From contig SMSO01000037.1 in assembly GCA_004764695.1 (NCBI GenBank), positions 3,200,747-3,264,746 on the forward strand: a DNA stretch of 64,000 nt, read 5' to 3'. Under the pieces are notes generated by a model. The model saw only the letters and a program-made list of their open reading frames with translations, searched no databases and had not been told where the DNA came from. Both the position numbers and the translations under genes were made by a program. This document shows, one piece after another, positions 42,306-54,645 of this stretch (position 1 is its first letter; every line of letters starts with the position of its first letter). The stretch comes from Schizochytrium sp. TIO01. Lineage: Eukaryota > Protista > Bigyra: Labyrinthulomycetes.

Positions 42306-45064
42306 ATGGATAACCCAAATCAAAATTCAGGTGAGATCTCACTTGCTCAAGAACATCAACCTCAGCAAGAATTAACTGCAACTTTATCAACGAGCGACGA
42401 GGTCGATCCAGTTTTATCAAACAAACCTAAATCTCCACGCTGCTGTCGAATATGCGACTCCACTATCGGCGAAGATGCTCCTCTCTTTGAATATTGTGAA
42501 AACGGGTGCGAGCTTTGTGAGGATTGTAGTTTCGATAAAAGTGTACGGGAAGTTTTAATGGAGAAAAGGGAAGATATTTGCATGCTATGCGATACTGCGA
42601 AGCTCTTGCCAGGAAGATCAGACCCAGAGCTATTTGAAAAATATATAGTCCTCATATTTCGCACGGTTGTGGAGCAGAGCTCAAACCGAAGTTTATCATT
42701 GGGAGAAGCGGATCGACAAAGTCAGGTATCCGGAAGAAGCCAAAGCAGCAGAAAAAGTCTACATAGACGACATAGTAAGAAATCCAAAAGTAAAGATGGA
42801 AGTCACTCCGCAAGATCGTTTTCCAGCTCGAAGAGTGTATCTCGTGCACCGGATACAACAGGTCATAATTCTATTTCAGAGGCAACAATACAAGAAGATG
42901 CAAATATAGCAGGCCTTCCGAATAGTATAGAAGGCAATTCAGACGAGCATGCATACTCGTTCTCTTTTTCAGGAGGGGTCGTGGATATACGATATCATGA
43001 CTTAGAAACTATTTTTTCTCAAAACCCTATTGAAAGCCAAATTATCGTTCACGAATACCGGCGTGTGAAAGCTCACCCTTTGATAAAAATGATGCGAGTT
43101 CTCAATGGCGAAGCTCCAGGGAAAAAACGTGGTCGTGGTAGTGTGTCTCAGCCTCCTGTAGTCCGCAAGCTTCCTATGCGATTACTGATTCCAGAAATCA
43201 ACGAAATATATGAGCAATGGCTACGGAAGTCTAAGGAACGAGGGAAGGCTTTAGATCTACCAGAATTTGTTCTGAAATTTGCACAGGATCAATATGGTAT
43301 GAAAACCATGTCAGATGAGCACCTGCTAAGCCTTGTAGCAAGTGTAGTAGCGTATGAAGAACATAGCGAGCGAGTCGCAACCTTTGCAATGGTGCTAGGT
43401 TTAAGTAAGCCCGAGTCATATACTCCAATACTTTCTGAGGTGTTCTATACCATAGTATGTTTGATATTTGAACAAACGCGAGACTGGCGCGAGTGCTTGG
43501 ATATGGGGGATGGGTTATCTTGGGTGCCACAAGATCGTGTTGAGGTATTAAAGCATGGACTATATGAGGCAAAGTCTCATGCCTGGCTCATAGAAGTTTC
43601 TCATGAGGATTGTACAAGGTTAAAAACTCCAATGCCCTGGAGCGCCACAACTCGATCTGCGTTAGATGCATACATAAACCGCCTTGCTAGCGATCCGACT
43701 GAAAAAGGTATTTCTCGGGCCAAGGCAAAAAGTATATCTTCGGTGAGTTGTCTTGATAGTATGCTGAAGCTTGCTATTGGCACTTGGCAAGCTGAGTGGG
43801 TACGTACTTTATCTCATTTTGAACGCGTTGAAGCAGAGTTTTTAGCAAGTGAACAGAGAGAATTAGAAACGAGAGCCATGATTCGTCTTTCAGCTAGCCA
43901 ACGTGCATTTTCTTCTGTAGAAAAGGATCTTCTATGGGAACTTGTCGGCGAAGTACTTGCTAAGACTGACCCAATTCAAGAAGAAATGCCTCGCAATGCA
44001 AGCAGCCCTGAATGGCAAGCGCTAGAGGCAAGAAACTTGCAACGTCGTGAATATCAGTTACCCTTCATTCGTAATCGGGAGCTTCAAGATCTTTGCGAAT
44101 ACTATCGTATTATGGTACGCGAGCGTGAAATCCAAGAGGCCATGCGTTGGGATTTTCATCGATGGGAATGGGACGAAGATTGGGAATGGGGCGGAATCAC
44201 TCTTGCTGAGAACGAATTGCCTCATGATTGCTCTAAGACCATACACCGCACCCCGATGCATGCTTCCTCACTTATGCACCTACCTCAGTATCAGGGCATG
44301 AAAATGAAGCATACACATGGGAAAAGATAACATGTTAAGTTCCCCTAGCAATGTTTTACGGCGAACACAATCAACGTTCGCCGGGGCATTTGACTTGAGC
44401 TATTTTTGCGTTGGCTCGCACCACGCTAATGTTGTGACAGAGGCGCTTTGGCGGCACCAGCAGCCAATAGAAACGCTTTCCCTCTGCGATAACAAGTTCG
44501 ATGATGCTGCCTGCACAGCGGTAATTGCCGCGGTAAGCAAGCATCATAATATTCATCGGTGCGATCTGTCTTGCAACCTTGCTGGTGAAAGTACAGCGGC
44601 CATGCTTGTGAAACAGGTCACCTCTGCGTTTTCAAACCTCGTATCGTTGAACCTGGCTCAAAATCGCTTAACAAATGCGGCCGCTATATCCATTTTGCGT
44701 GCAGTTGATCATCATGCGACTCTCCACGAATTAAGTATTGCGGGGAAATGGACTTGGCAAAGATGTTGAGCTTGGAAAGGCATTGAGCAATCTAGTTGGG
44801 ATTAATTCGCAACGTCAATTGTCAGTTCTGCAAGTACTTGATTTATCTTGGAATCGTTTAGTAAGCTCGGATATACAAGATATGCTCGATGAACTGACAA
44901 TGAACAATCGTCATTTACGCATTTTAAAACTAGATCTGAACCATATCAGTGGAGAGTCGACAGAGGTGCTAGAACGTTGCCTCGGTGCCAATGCAACGCT
45001 AGAACAGGTGTCTCTGAAGCATAATAAGCTACGGAGGGTTCCTGATGACCCGAGGCTTGAGTAA
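42306..45064 (+). CDS. Hypothetical protein with N-terminal RING-like Cys8 cluster, helical middle domain and C-terminal RNI-like LRRs; two 1-nt frameshifts (~44322, ~44742)
   Basis: Three abutting ORFs (to 44330, 44317-44769, 44738-45064). LRR motifs LSLCDN, DLSCN, LNLAQN, LSIAG|N, LDLSWN, LKLDLN, SLKHN continue across the second break. Confidence 0.7.
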
Positions 45065-45609
45065 CTACAGATTATCATAGCTTTCTTATTGGCTTTCCAG
45101 TAACGTCTGAACTTGAGGGACAAAGATAACCTATTTTAAAGAGTAGGGACATCTTTGGCTCTCTGCGCAGAGAGACTGAGAAACTACTGTATCCATTTCA
45201 TCATCAAATAAACACATCTCCTCATTATATTCAGAAGCGTCATGTCACTCGCAATCAAATTGAGAAATGAAATCAGAAATTATGTTTTGATCTTTAGATT
45301 CGAGTTATTCACATAGCTAGACAAATTAGCCGAAGCAAGAAGCTGCTAGTTTTGTTTATTCGTAAAATGCTGTCTGCAAGGCATCAACACATCACGAAAG
45401 AATGCTTCATCAAATTTCTCAAACTAAGCGCTTGAACATTCAATCGACTACGTATATAACTATAATATATCATTTATTATATGGAATAGTCACTGCCATT
45501 GGGATGTAATATAAGTTCTAGCATTTTCATGAGTACAGGTAAACTCATGATTTTTGTGTTATTTTTAGCAGCGAGAAGGTGACAAGCAGACAGAAAAATT
45601 TGGTTTGTG

Positions 45610-48414
45610 TTACAATAAATAATCTTGCAAAGGTTCAAGTTCACGGTTGCGGAGTATCTGATCACACAATCGTACAACAATCTGATTAACAGTGAATAAG
45701 GCAGCTGCTGCTACGACAGTGACCCAACAGCCTGGCAAGAAAGCAGTTTCAATACCAAAACAGGGTTCCTTGGTATACTGCTCAAGCTTGTCGCAACGAT
45801 CACCAACGAGAAAGAGAGCAAATTTGTCAATTTCGACGCAAGCTGCCATGATTGATACGATGAAGCAATCCATAGCAGAAAAGGCCGAAACCAACTCAGT
45901 AACCATCATGATGATTTTTTGATCACGGAGCCGCATGGGAATAAGCCATAGCGCGAGGAGAAATACACATTGAACTAAAGGCATAATAAGTGCGAAAAGG
46001 AGATATACAGTTTGCACAAAAAGAATGCCAGCGCGGGAGGGAGGCTCAATAAGATCATTCCCAGGGTCCACGGCTTGCGCGATCGACACAAGGCTATAGG
46101 TGCGAACAGAAGATGCTGGTTGTACAACTTTAATAGCACGAGCCGCTGTCCCAGTGAAGGTGAACTGGAATGAATCAGCAAGTGCTCCAGCAAGAACTAG
46201 AGCAAAAGTAGCAATCAGCAGAGCAGCAACGGCAAACTTTGAGGCAGTACCCATGGTGTCTGCGATCGCAATCTTTTTGTTCACAATGGCCTCTGCCCTT
46301 CCAACTGCTGGTAGCTCATCGGAGCCTACATTAAAGTATGAACCTTGGGGACAAGTACAGCAGTAGCGTCGTTTATGACGTTTGCTTTCCGCTGAAAGCA
46401 CCGAGCGCGCTGTCACGAGCTCATTTGAACTTGTTGGACAGCTTTGAAGCGGCACCGCAGTCCCGTCTGCATCTTCTTCGTCTTCGTCCTCTTCTTCTTC
46501 ATCCTCACGGATTACATAAAGACGCTGTAGTAGGAGTTCCGAAACCTGTGCAGCAACAGCGGTCCGGTGATATCCAAGCATAACATGACCTAAGATGATT
46601 GAGAGTATGGCAGCAAACATAAATCCAAACAGGCCCCAGTGGCTGCTAACTGTCACATCAAGAATGGCGAATTTCCGAGGGAACAGCCAAGAAAAGTGTG
46701 GAATTTCTGAGGATTCCACATGGAAGCGAAATGCCACGCTCATCATGACCATGAGAAATATGTCAATCATACACCACTTGCCTAGGGCATCGAAGACAAC
46801 AAGCATGCGACCACGCGTATTGACTGAAAGCAATCTTGTAGGAGCGACCCAGCAAAAGAGAAGAAGAACCAACTTTAAGTAAGGCCAAATCCCTGACCAG
46901 ACGAGCACAAGAAGAGCAAGAATATAAACACCTGCCTTGTGCATTTCTGTTACAGTATTCACTAAAGAAAAGTTGAAGACTCTGTACGGGCCGTAAATGT
47001 GCTCTTCCCAATTATCATGGTGACGCCATGGCGGCCAGACTGGTTTGTGCTCATATTCTATAACAATCTCCACGCTAGCACCGACTACTCGATTTGCACT
47101 TGCAAACATGGCAACGCAGACGATAATCAGCAGAGGCATGAGAAACTGAGCATGACGTGGAATACGGTGAGTCTTAGCTAGAGCTTCGTATACCGGTTCA
47201 ATCAGAGCTGTAGACTGATCAGGCAAGAGTTGCTCTTCGAGTGAAGAGGTTGCAGATCCAATGCTGCTGCGGCGTCCGTTCATGCTCAAGGTTGACTCTC
47301 CCATCAATTTATTTCGGAGGCACTTTGTTAATGATGTTTGCATGAAGATAATCAAAAACACTTCTAAGAGGGCACCCATGCCAAGAAAAATGACCACAAA
47401 GATGACAATCTGCTCCCATTCTTCATTACTGTTGCCGCTCCCTGATTGTCCACCATGACTTCCTGAGTCATCAGTTTTATTTGTAATATCATCAGGATGT
47501 TCAAGCTTACCATTGAGCTTATGTAATCTGTCTTGATCAAAAAGTAAGCTTTGGTCGCGGTAAATTGGTTCGAGAGCACTTTTGACATATTCACATGTGT
47601 CGTGAACGAGAGTAGGCTCTCCTATTAACGCACAGTCCACACTTCCAGAGAGTGGATTCCAAGCAACCGATAGATTTCCTAAACTCAGAGGGTCTTTGCT
47701 GAGCCAAGGGCAGGCCACTGTTATATCTGCAAGCTGGAGGGCGAATGTACCATCTTCATCAGAGCGGTCTAATCCCCACTCGCCAGCGTGCTCTCCAGTA
47801 CAAAGAGACAGAACATGAGTGTTAACAGATACTTCAGAAATTGGTGACGCTGATGTCTGTCCAGGTCGAATCGCTCCGAGCAGCGCCCCAAGCAGGGCTT
47901 GTGATGCCATTTTCCTTGAAGATGCCGATTTCCTACTTCCTCCTTTCGTCCCAGAACTGACTTCTACGCTAGAAGTAGCCGCCACAGAAGTGCAATCCTT
48001 TGCGAGGGTTTCGCTGACATTTGTTTCTTCCGAAGCTAGCTGGCAGGTTTTCGAGATCTTTGACGTTCGTCTGGTTGCCTTCGAGCCTTGATGGTTTTGG
48101 CTTCGGTTCTCGTTTTGCGAAGCTGCGTCGTGCTCTGCGCTGACCGCGGACCGTGGCCTGAGCCTTGCTAAAGGGTCATCTACCGAGGAGAGTACAAGAG
48201 TCGCCACTGCACAGGCTAGTGTAGAAAGAACGACGAGTTCGTGGCCCCAGACAGAGCATAGGTATGCGAAGGTAACTTCGAGAGCATTGCGCAATGTAGC
48301 ACTGCATGCAATGAGCAATGCTGTACCCATCAGCAGCATGCCGCTGCGCATCGAGGCCGCACCAGACCTCGCCTGGGTCTGCGCGACCACTGTGGGCCGA
48401 GGCACCGAACGCAT
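45610..48414 (-). CDS. PqiA/YebS(LetA)-like polytopic membrane protein with two PqiA-type repeats
   Basis: FSLVNTVTEM...YILALLVLVWSGIWPYLKL...LGKWCMIDIF and a second repeat YSLVSI...LFALIMP...SAFSAMDCFIVSI. Start uncertain. Confidence 0.75.
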   Translation of the reverse strand: MRSVPRPTVVAQTQARSGAASMRSGMLLMGTALLIACSATLRNALEVTFAYLCSVWGHELVVLSTLACAVATLVLSSVDDPLARLRPRSAVSAEHDAASQNENRSQNHQGSKATRRTSKISKTCQLASEETNVSETLAKDCTSVAATSSVEVSSGTKGGSRKSASSRKMASQALLGALLGAIRPGQTSASPISEVSVNTHVLSLCTGEHAGEWGLDRSDEDGTFALQLADITVACPWLSKDPLSLGNLSVAWNPLSGSVDCALIGEPTLVHDTCEYVKSALEPIYRDQSLLFDQDRLHKLNGKLEHPDDITNKTDDSGSHGGQSGSGNSNEEWEQIVIFVVIFLGMGALLEVFLIIFMQTSLTKCLRNKLMGESTLSMNGRRSSIGSATSSLEEQLLPDQSTALIEPVYEALAKTHRIPRHAQFLMPLLIIVCVAMFASANRVVGASVEIVIEYEHKPVWPPWRHHDNWEEHIYGPYRVFNFSLVNTVTEMHKAGVYILALLVLVWSGIWPYLKLVLLLFCWVAPTRLLSVNTRGRMLVVFDALGKWCMIDIFLMVMMSVAFRFHVESSEIPHFSWLFPRKFAILDVTVSSHWGLFGFMFAAILSIILGHVMLGYHRTAVAAQVSELLLQRLYVIREDEEEEDEDEEDADGTAVPLQSCPTSSNELVTARSVLSAESKRHKRRYCCTCPQGSYFNVGSDELPAVGRAEAIVNKKIAIADTMGTASKFAVAALLIATFALVLAGALADSFQFTFTGTAARAIKVVQPASSVRTYSLVSIAQAVDPGNDLIEPPSRAGILFVQTVYLLFALIMPLVQCVFLLALWLIPMRLRDQKIIMMVTELVSAFSAMDCFIVSIMAACVEIDKFALFLVGDRCDKLEQYTKEPCFGIETAFLPGCWVTVVAAAALFTVNQIVVRLCDQILRNRELEPLQDYLL

Positions 48415-51400
48415 ACGCAGCCAAGTGATCTAAATGCAAGCTTTTGCTTTTTGATTTTGCGCGGGTTTAATTTGGATTGAGGTCTTCAAATAGTTCTGTT
48501 TCAAATTCGAATTTCAAATGCAAAGAAACTTGAGCCACGCGAGCGATTCGGCTTTCGGTAGGAATCTTCACTACCGTCCTGAAGAAGATGCAATCACAGG
48601 CTTCGAATTGATACCCGAAAATAGTACAGACGGCAACAAGTCCAGCAAGCAGACGTGAATACGGTGGCTCGCTTCTGCTCTCTTTCCCTGATTAATAGAT
48701 TTCGGATGAGGAGAAAACAGATGCCTCAAGCAGCCGGCCAGCCGGGACTGTCTCCACAGTGTCGAAACGTAGTGTTTATCTTCCCCCGTGCGTCTCCCCG
48801 CCGGGTCTCCGGGCACAAGCTGAGCGAGCCTCCTTCCCGGCGGAGCTGCTCCTTTCAAGGTCTGCGGAGCTGTTTGACACGACCAACTTTAAAAGAAAGA
48901 AAGAAAGAAAAAAAAGAAAGAAAGAAGGGCAAATCAAATGACCAAAGAATAATGAACAATCGACGATCAAACAACTTTGAATGACTCGAAGGAATAACAA
49001 GCACTACTACTACGCCCAGTTACAACATTGCCTACCACTTCTTGTGTAGTGAATAGTGTGGAGAATGAGAGGATTCATCACAAGAAAAGAAAAAGAAAGA
49101 CAAAGAGAAAAGAACGAAACAACCAATCTAGGATTAAGCCTATCTGAGCTGTAGTAACACTTAGGAGGACTCACCCTTGCGTCACACAGATAAGTAATGT
49201 GACTTTTAGTTAATTAATTTATTGACTGATTGATTTGTTCATGTATTGATTAGAATATCAACACCAACGAGAGGATGAGAAGCCTTCAGCTCAAGATGGA
49301 GAAAGAAATCAGCAAAAGCAGCCATGGGGGAGTGGCAATAAGCTGCACGTGAGGACGAGCTCTCGTCAGGGAGTCCGCTCGTTCGCTTGTAGATATAAGG
49401 TTCTCCGTCTCTATTTCGGGAGTCGAAAACTCTTCACTCAGTAACTACCTACTACGTTCTTTTACGTGTTCCAGCTTCGTTGAATTATAATTTAGAAACT
49501 CATTTTCTCAACAAACATGAATTGCTAGCGATCCTACGCAGTTTCCAGGGACGACGATACTGGACACCTAAGATAATAGACGAAACACAGCTATACGTAC
49601 GTACGCTCATGAGAGGCCTAAAGACTCCTTTGCAATGGGTCGGTAAAGGGCGTCAAAGCAGGTTAAGGTGTTGCTTTTCTTGTTGAAGATAGGTGTTCAA
49701 GTTGAAAAAGTGGACATGAACATAGGCACTGCGTACATATATGTATGGGTAGTGTAAATACATTTTCTTTTAAAAAATGTATAATTATAGCTTGAAAACT
49801 AAAAATTAATTAAATGAAGAATTTCATGTGCCAAGCGTAACTTTCGACACTATGTACTGCTATGTTTAATGATAGTACTGCAAATTGTACAACGCAATCA
49901 GCGTCGTCATCATCTACCAAAGAAGCACGAACAAGATTACTTTCCTGAACGAAGTTCAAGGTCGAGTCCAGGTGTGGACAGGGTTCGCAGGATAATTCTT
50001 GACGATGATAAAATACAGAACGACTGCTGCAAGAAAAGATGCACGGGTTTATACATTTGCTGGGTGATTCTTGCACGACAGAACCACCGGCGGTGCATGG
50101 AGAAGACGCAACACGTGTGTGTGTGTCCAGGCAACTTAGTTTTCTACAAGTTCTCTACTCATTCAAAGTTCCTTTAATAAATTAAAACCAGGAGGCTTTA
50201 CGAACTGCAGAAGCTTCAAGAGCTTGGAGGAAGAAAACTTCATCAGAATTAACCAAGGAACCACTTGACAATTAAGTTGCTTTGCTGAGCTCATAAAAAC
50301 TAACTAGGTAGTGCTAATTTCCTCTACAATGTCTGAACAAGTTTTCTTTTGACCCGAGACTCAACTAGGTCCTTCCGCCAGATCGATGACTCCTCGTTAC
50401 TATACCTACCAATCAGTTACCTGCCGTACGAATACCTTTAAGCCTTAATTCCGTAAAGAACGCCATCCTCCACTCATTCCTTTGTACTAACCACTTTTGA
50501 GTAGAGTTGATTCTTTTGAACTGAGTTCTTTTGGGCATTTGTAGGCTCAAACTTGAAAGAACCAACCGCAAGGGCTAGTTTCTGCATATTACTGCTGACT
50601 GAAGCGATGATTTTGAATGATAACAAGGTTGATTTTACTTGTTTCTGTGGGATGAAAAGGCATCAACAAACAAAGCGAGGTGGAAACCTCGAGACACATT
50701 CATGAACGAGCACAGCCAAATTCGTACTCTCGGGTGCGCAACCAAACAGACGCCAGTGAGGCCGAAGCTCCCTGACAAGGCACGAATGTTCAAATGAAGT
50801 ACTTTTCACCAATGACTGATGGCAGCACGTCTTCCGGCATGCTGTACGTCGATCTAAAAAAAAATCAACATTCACTTCTCAAGTTGAAGTCTTTTGAAGA
50901 ACATAGTAGGTAGGTAGGCAGGCACTACTGGAAGGGAGCAGGTTATTTGGATAGTTCCTGGGAACTAGGTCTGGGGACATTCTATGGATAGGTAGTGCTG
51001 CTCCATCCCCATTGGAGCCTCTGCCAATGCCGTACCTATCTTTCTATCGGCATTCAACTTCTATATTATTATTTCGAAGCATCTTGAAGGTTTGGTTTTG
51101 CATTCTTACTACGATGTACAGGTTTAACAAGATGTGGATCGCCCAGTCGCAATACCGCCAATAAATGTAGGTAGATCGCAAAATAGCTGGGAGAGGGAAT
51201 TCAGCCACTGCTAGCAAAATATTCGGTAGAAGGTAGCACCTTGCATGTTGCAGTATTATAATATTTACTGATATCATAAACAATTATCATGTTTGCTAGG
51301 AGCGAGTGATTGTTGCAGAGCTTTGCGTTTGTTTGATTAGTTTGAGCGAAAGACTTGGACTAGGTTTCGTACGTCATTTAACTTTAAGATACCAATGGTA

Positions 51401-53223
51401 GAGATAAGTACGTAAGCTTATGCATAAAGAGGTGTGCAAAATTGATGCAAAAGGAGCCTATTAAGGTAGGTGACTATTGCTCCAGGAAGAAGAGCAAGTG
51501 CCAACCTATGTCCGGAGAGCTTTTAACGAGTTTAAGATACTGTGAGACAGAAACGACTACAAAACACACACACAAAAACTTTGCTATGTATTTTCAATTT
51601 AAGAACTTGAACGGGGATAGAGCAAAAAACATTGTTTAAAAGGTTAGTGCAAATAATTCTAAAATTAGATCGGCTGCTTAGGTAGCTCCAAGGAGATGTT
51701 TTGCACAGCAGAGCTACTATACTGCTAGGGATATAATGTGGTAAGATATCCGCAACCAAACTGATACCTTAACTACATTATGATTACGAATGCTTGAAGT
51801 TGCTATACCGGTATTGCAAAGTAATGTAGTTCCTATATCCCCATTGCTTGTACAGCTGTGGCGAGCATGGGACGATTTTGAGAGCTTGAACTACCTTCCG
51901 CCTGGACGCTTGATTTTTTGTGTTTAACACGCGTCATCTTGGTCAGTATGAACTATAATGGTCTCGGTATATATATATGCAGTACTTGAAGCGGGTAGTA
52001 GATATTGTGAAAACAGTTGGCGGTACTCACATTACTAAGGACAGGCATCTTCTACCGAAGCGGAGACCCATCTTACTCACTCAAATTATTGCTGAGCCAA
52101 TACTAAGACTTCTCTTTCCTATAATTGGAAACTTATTTGGGCTCAGCAAAAATTCAACAAACGAGATTACACGTAAGATATTTCCAAAGCAAAGTTGAAA
52201 TGGGGACCCATGAGAGACCTACGCATGCATGGTTTGGACTGTGCAATCGATGTAGTGTCTTGCTTTTTTGGAAAGAGTGTTTTACCAGGTTAATGAAGAT
52301 TCCATTAATACGTCTCGTATCATGATGACAGCTCAATACATCTTAGATCAAATTTCTAGTGTCAAATACCAGGCATTAGTTCCCTGAGTTCCCAAGCTGA
52401 TCAACCTTTGCGATGACAGGCGAAGGTGGACTCTGTATAACGCTTATTCACTGTTAAAAGTTTCCATTTTCTTCTTAATCGCACTCTTCGAAGCTTCCAC
52501 AGACCGCTTCGCCAGCTCCTAAGTACCTGCTGCTTCCCAGCAGTACCTTTTCCACCACGACAGTTACGAAACTTACAATGATCCATTGAGGTGAGATCTA
52601 TCTATGCGCATAGATAGATGGATGAGTCATACCTACCTGTATGAATACGAAGGGATAGTTGCGCCTTTTCCTACCGTAACTACTACTGAGTGTGTATAGG
52701 ACTCCCTTACATCCTTGAGCGGAATGAGGGCCCAAGCTTGGCTTGAGAGGACTGATGGCCACCTAACACTCCCGTAGTCGAGGAGTGAGGCAATTAAAGG
52801 CACACGCGTGGAGATGGGACCTGCTCTGGAGTTGAAATCGCTCGTTGCGTCAATTCTCGTGAATTTCATCGACTGACGATCTGCTATGGTGTTGATTGTC
52901 ATTGATTGATGGAATGATTGATTCAATAATGATTGATTCATATCATTGACTGACTGATATGGACTCTTACTAGCGTAGGTTAGAGTAAAGTGTAGGACCC
53001 CGAGGTTTCAATCTGGGTCGTAATGATTGTAATGATTAACAGAAGAGGAGAATCCGCTCTTGATGAGTTTCAAGCTGAAAGAAAGCTAATCAGAACACCT
53101 TCATTGAAGTTGACACATATTGCAGCAAACCTATAACTTCGGAGATCCACGTGACTAGTATTGAGAGATCTCCGGGAGAGGAACCAGCCAACTGGGTATA
53201 GTTAAAAAGTAAACCTTGAAAAG

Positions 53224-54063
53224 ATGCCCAAGGCACTCCAAGGCGAGAACGATGTTGAGTCCATGGCGGCGCTGCCGGTTGGCACGCTGTTTGGCGTTGA
53301 AAACCAAGTTGTGGTAATCACTGGTGGTGGATCCGGAATTGGTGCTATGATTGCTATGGGCTTTGTTGCCAACAAGGCCAAGGTTTACATTGTTTCACGC
53401 AAGGACACCAGCGACTTTGCTTCCGAGATCCAGTCTATTGGCTCAGGCAAGTGCATTTCCCTCCGCGCAGACCTCGGCACTGATGCTGGTGTTGCTGCCT
53501 TTGCCGAGGAGATCACCCGCCTCGAACCAAACGGAATTGATGTTCTTATTAACAACTCCGGCACGAATTGGGGCCAGCCCATTGAGCAGTACGGTCCTGA
53601 GGCATGGGATAAGGTTTATGCTCTCAACGTCAAGGGCGTCTTCAACCTCACGCGCTTGTTGATTCCTTCCCTGGAGAAGTCTGTTGCTCGCCGGAACCTC
53701 CCCGCTCGCATTATCAACATCTCATCTATTGACTCGCTTCGAGTGCCTGCTCTCGATACTTACGCTTACTCTTCTGGCAAGGCCGCTGTAACCCACCTCA
53801 GCAAGGTGCTCGCTGGCAAGCTTGGAGACCGGCGTATTCTCTGTAATGCAGTGTGTCCTGGGCCGTTTCCTTCTCGGATGATGCGCGGAACCATCGAGCG
53901 TGCTTCTGAGGAGGCCGTCGCCTCTGGTACTGCTATTGGGCGCCTTGGCATGCCTGGAGATATGGCTGGCGTTTGTATCTTCCTTGCTTCTGAGGCTGGA
54001 AGCTTTGTGACTGGGGCCACCATTGCTGTTGATGGAGGTGCTGTTGTCAAGCCGCGAATGTAA
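53224..54063 (+). CDS. Classical short-chain dehydrogenase/reductase (RhlG-like)
   Basis: TGGGSGIG, NNSGTNWG, NISS, YSSGK (YxxxK), CPGPFPSRM, VTGATIAVDGG. Confidence 0.93.
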   Translation: MPKALQGENDVESMAALPVGTLFGVENQVVVITGGGSGIGAMIAMGFVANKAKVYIVSRKDTSDFASEIQSIGSGKCISLRADLGTDAGVAAFAEEITRLEPNGIDVLINNSGTNWGQPIEQYGPEAWDKVYALNVKGVFNLTRLLIPSLEKSVARRNLPARIINISSIDSLRVPALDTYAYSSGKAAVTHLSKVLAGKLGDRRILCNAVCPGPFPSRMMRGTIERASEEAVASGTAIGRLGMPGDMAGVCIFLASEAGSFVTGATIAVDGGAVVKPRM

Positions 54064-54645
54064 AGACTCAATGTCTAAGCGCGATCTTGCCAATCTTTTT
54101 GCATATTTGCTGTGCGCTGCCTCTAGATTTCGTTGTATTGAAAGCCCGAAGCAGCAACGAGACGAAGATTCACAAGTGCAAACATTTAATCTATGTTTGA
54201 TACTGCCCTTCTGCTAGACATTTGGGTTAGACATTCTCCTATTTACCGTTTGATAAAGATAAAAGTTGGCCTAAAGTAATGTTTACAGGCTCTCATCAAA
54301 TTGATTTTTCTTTTAAATACAATTCCATTTTACTACTTTTTGGTGCCCCATTAGGGTGTAAGAGCAATGATATATTATATATATAGCAGCCATATAGTTA
54401 TGATGGGAGAAAGGTCACCCGCCAACTAATAGCTAGTTTTCGGGAAAGGAAGTTAATGTAAACTTGTAAGTAACCATCGGGATCTTGATGGAAAAGGAAA
54501 GAGCGCTAGTATCTTATTTTCTAACGAAACGATTTTCTGTGATTGCAAAGAGGAAAAGAACAAGCACATTCGTAAGGAATAACCATAAAAAAATAGAATA
54601 CTGCTGAAAACATGATATTGCATACAATTATTTTTGCTAAACAGC

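Noticed and set aside
44319-44330. Programmed +1 frameshift of the Euplotes AAA-stop type
   Set aside because: The in-frame context is AAA AGA TAA, the other frameshifts share no motif or direction, and homopolymer error explains all of them.
49349-49378. Minus-strand CTGACGA resembling a hammerhead core
   Set aside because: No GAAA strand or stems I and III; it is just a short palindrome.
52960-53022. tRNA-like hairpins with GTTTCAATC
   Set aside because: No consistent cloverleaf, acceptor stem or T-stem pairing.
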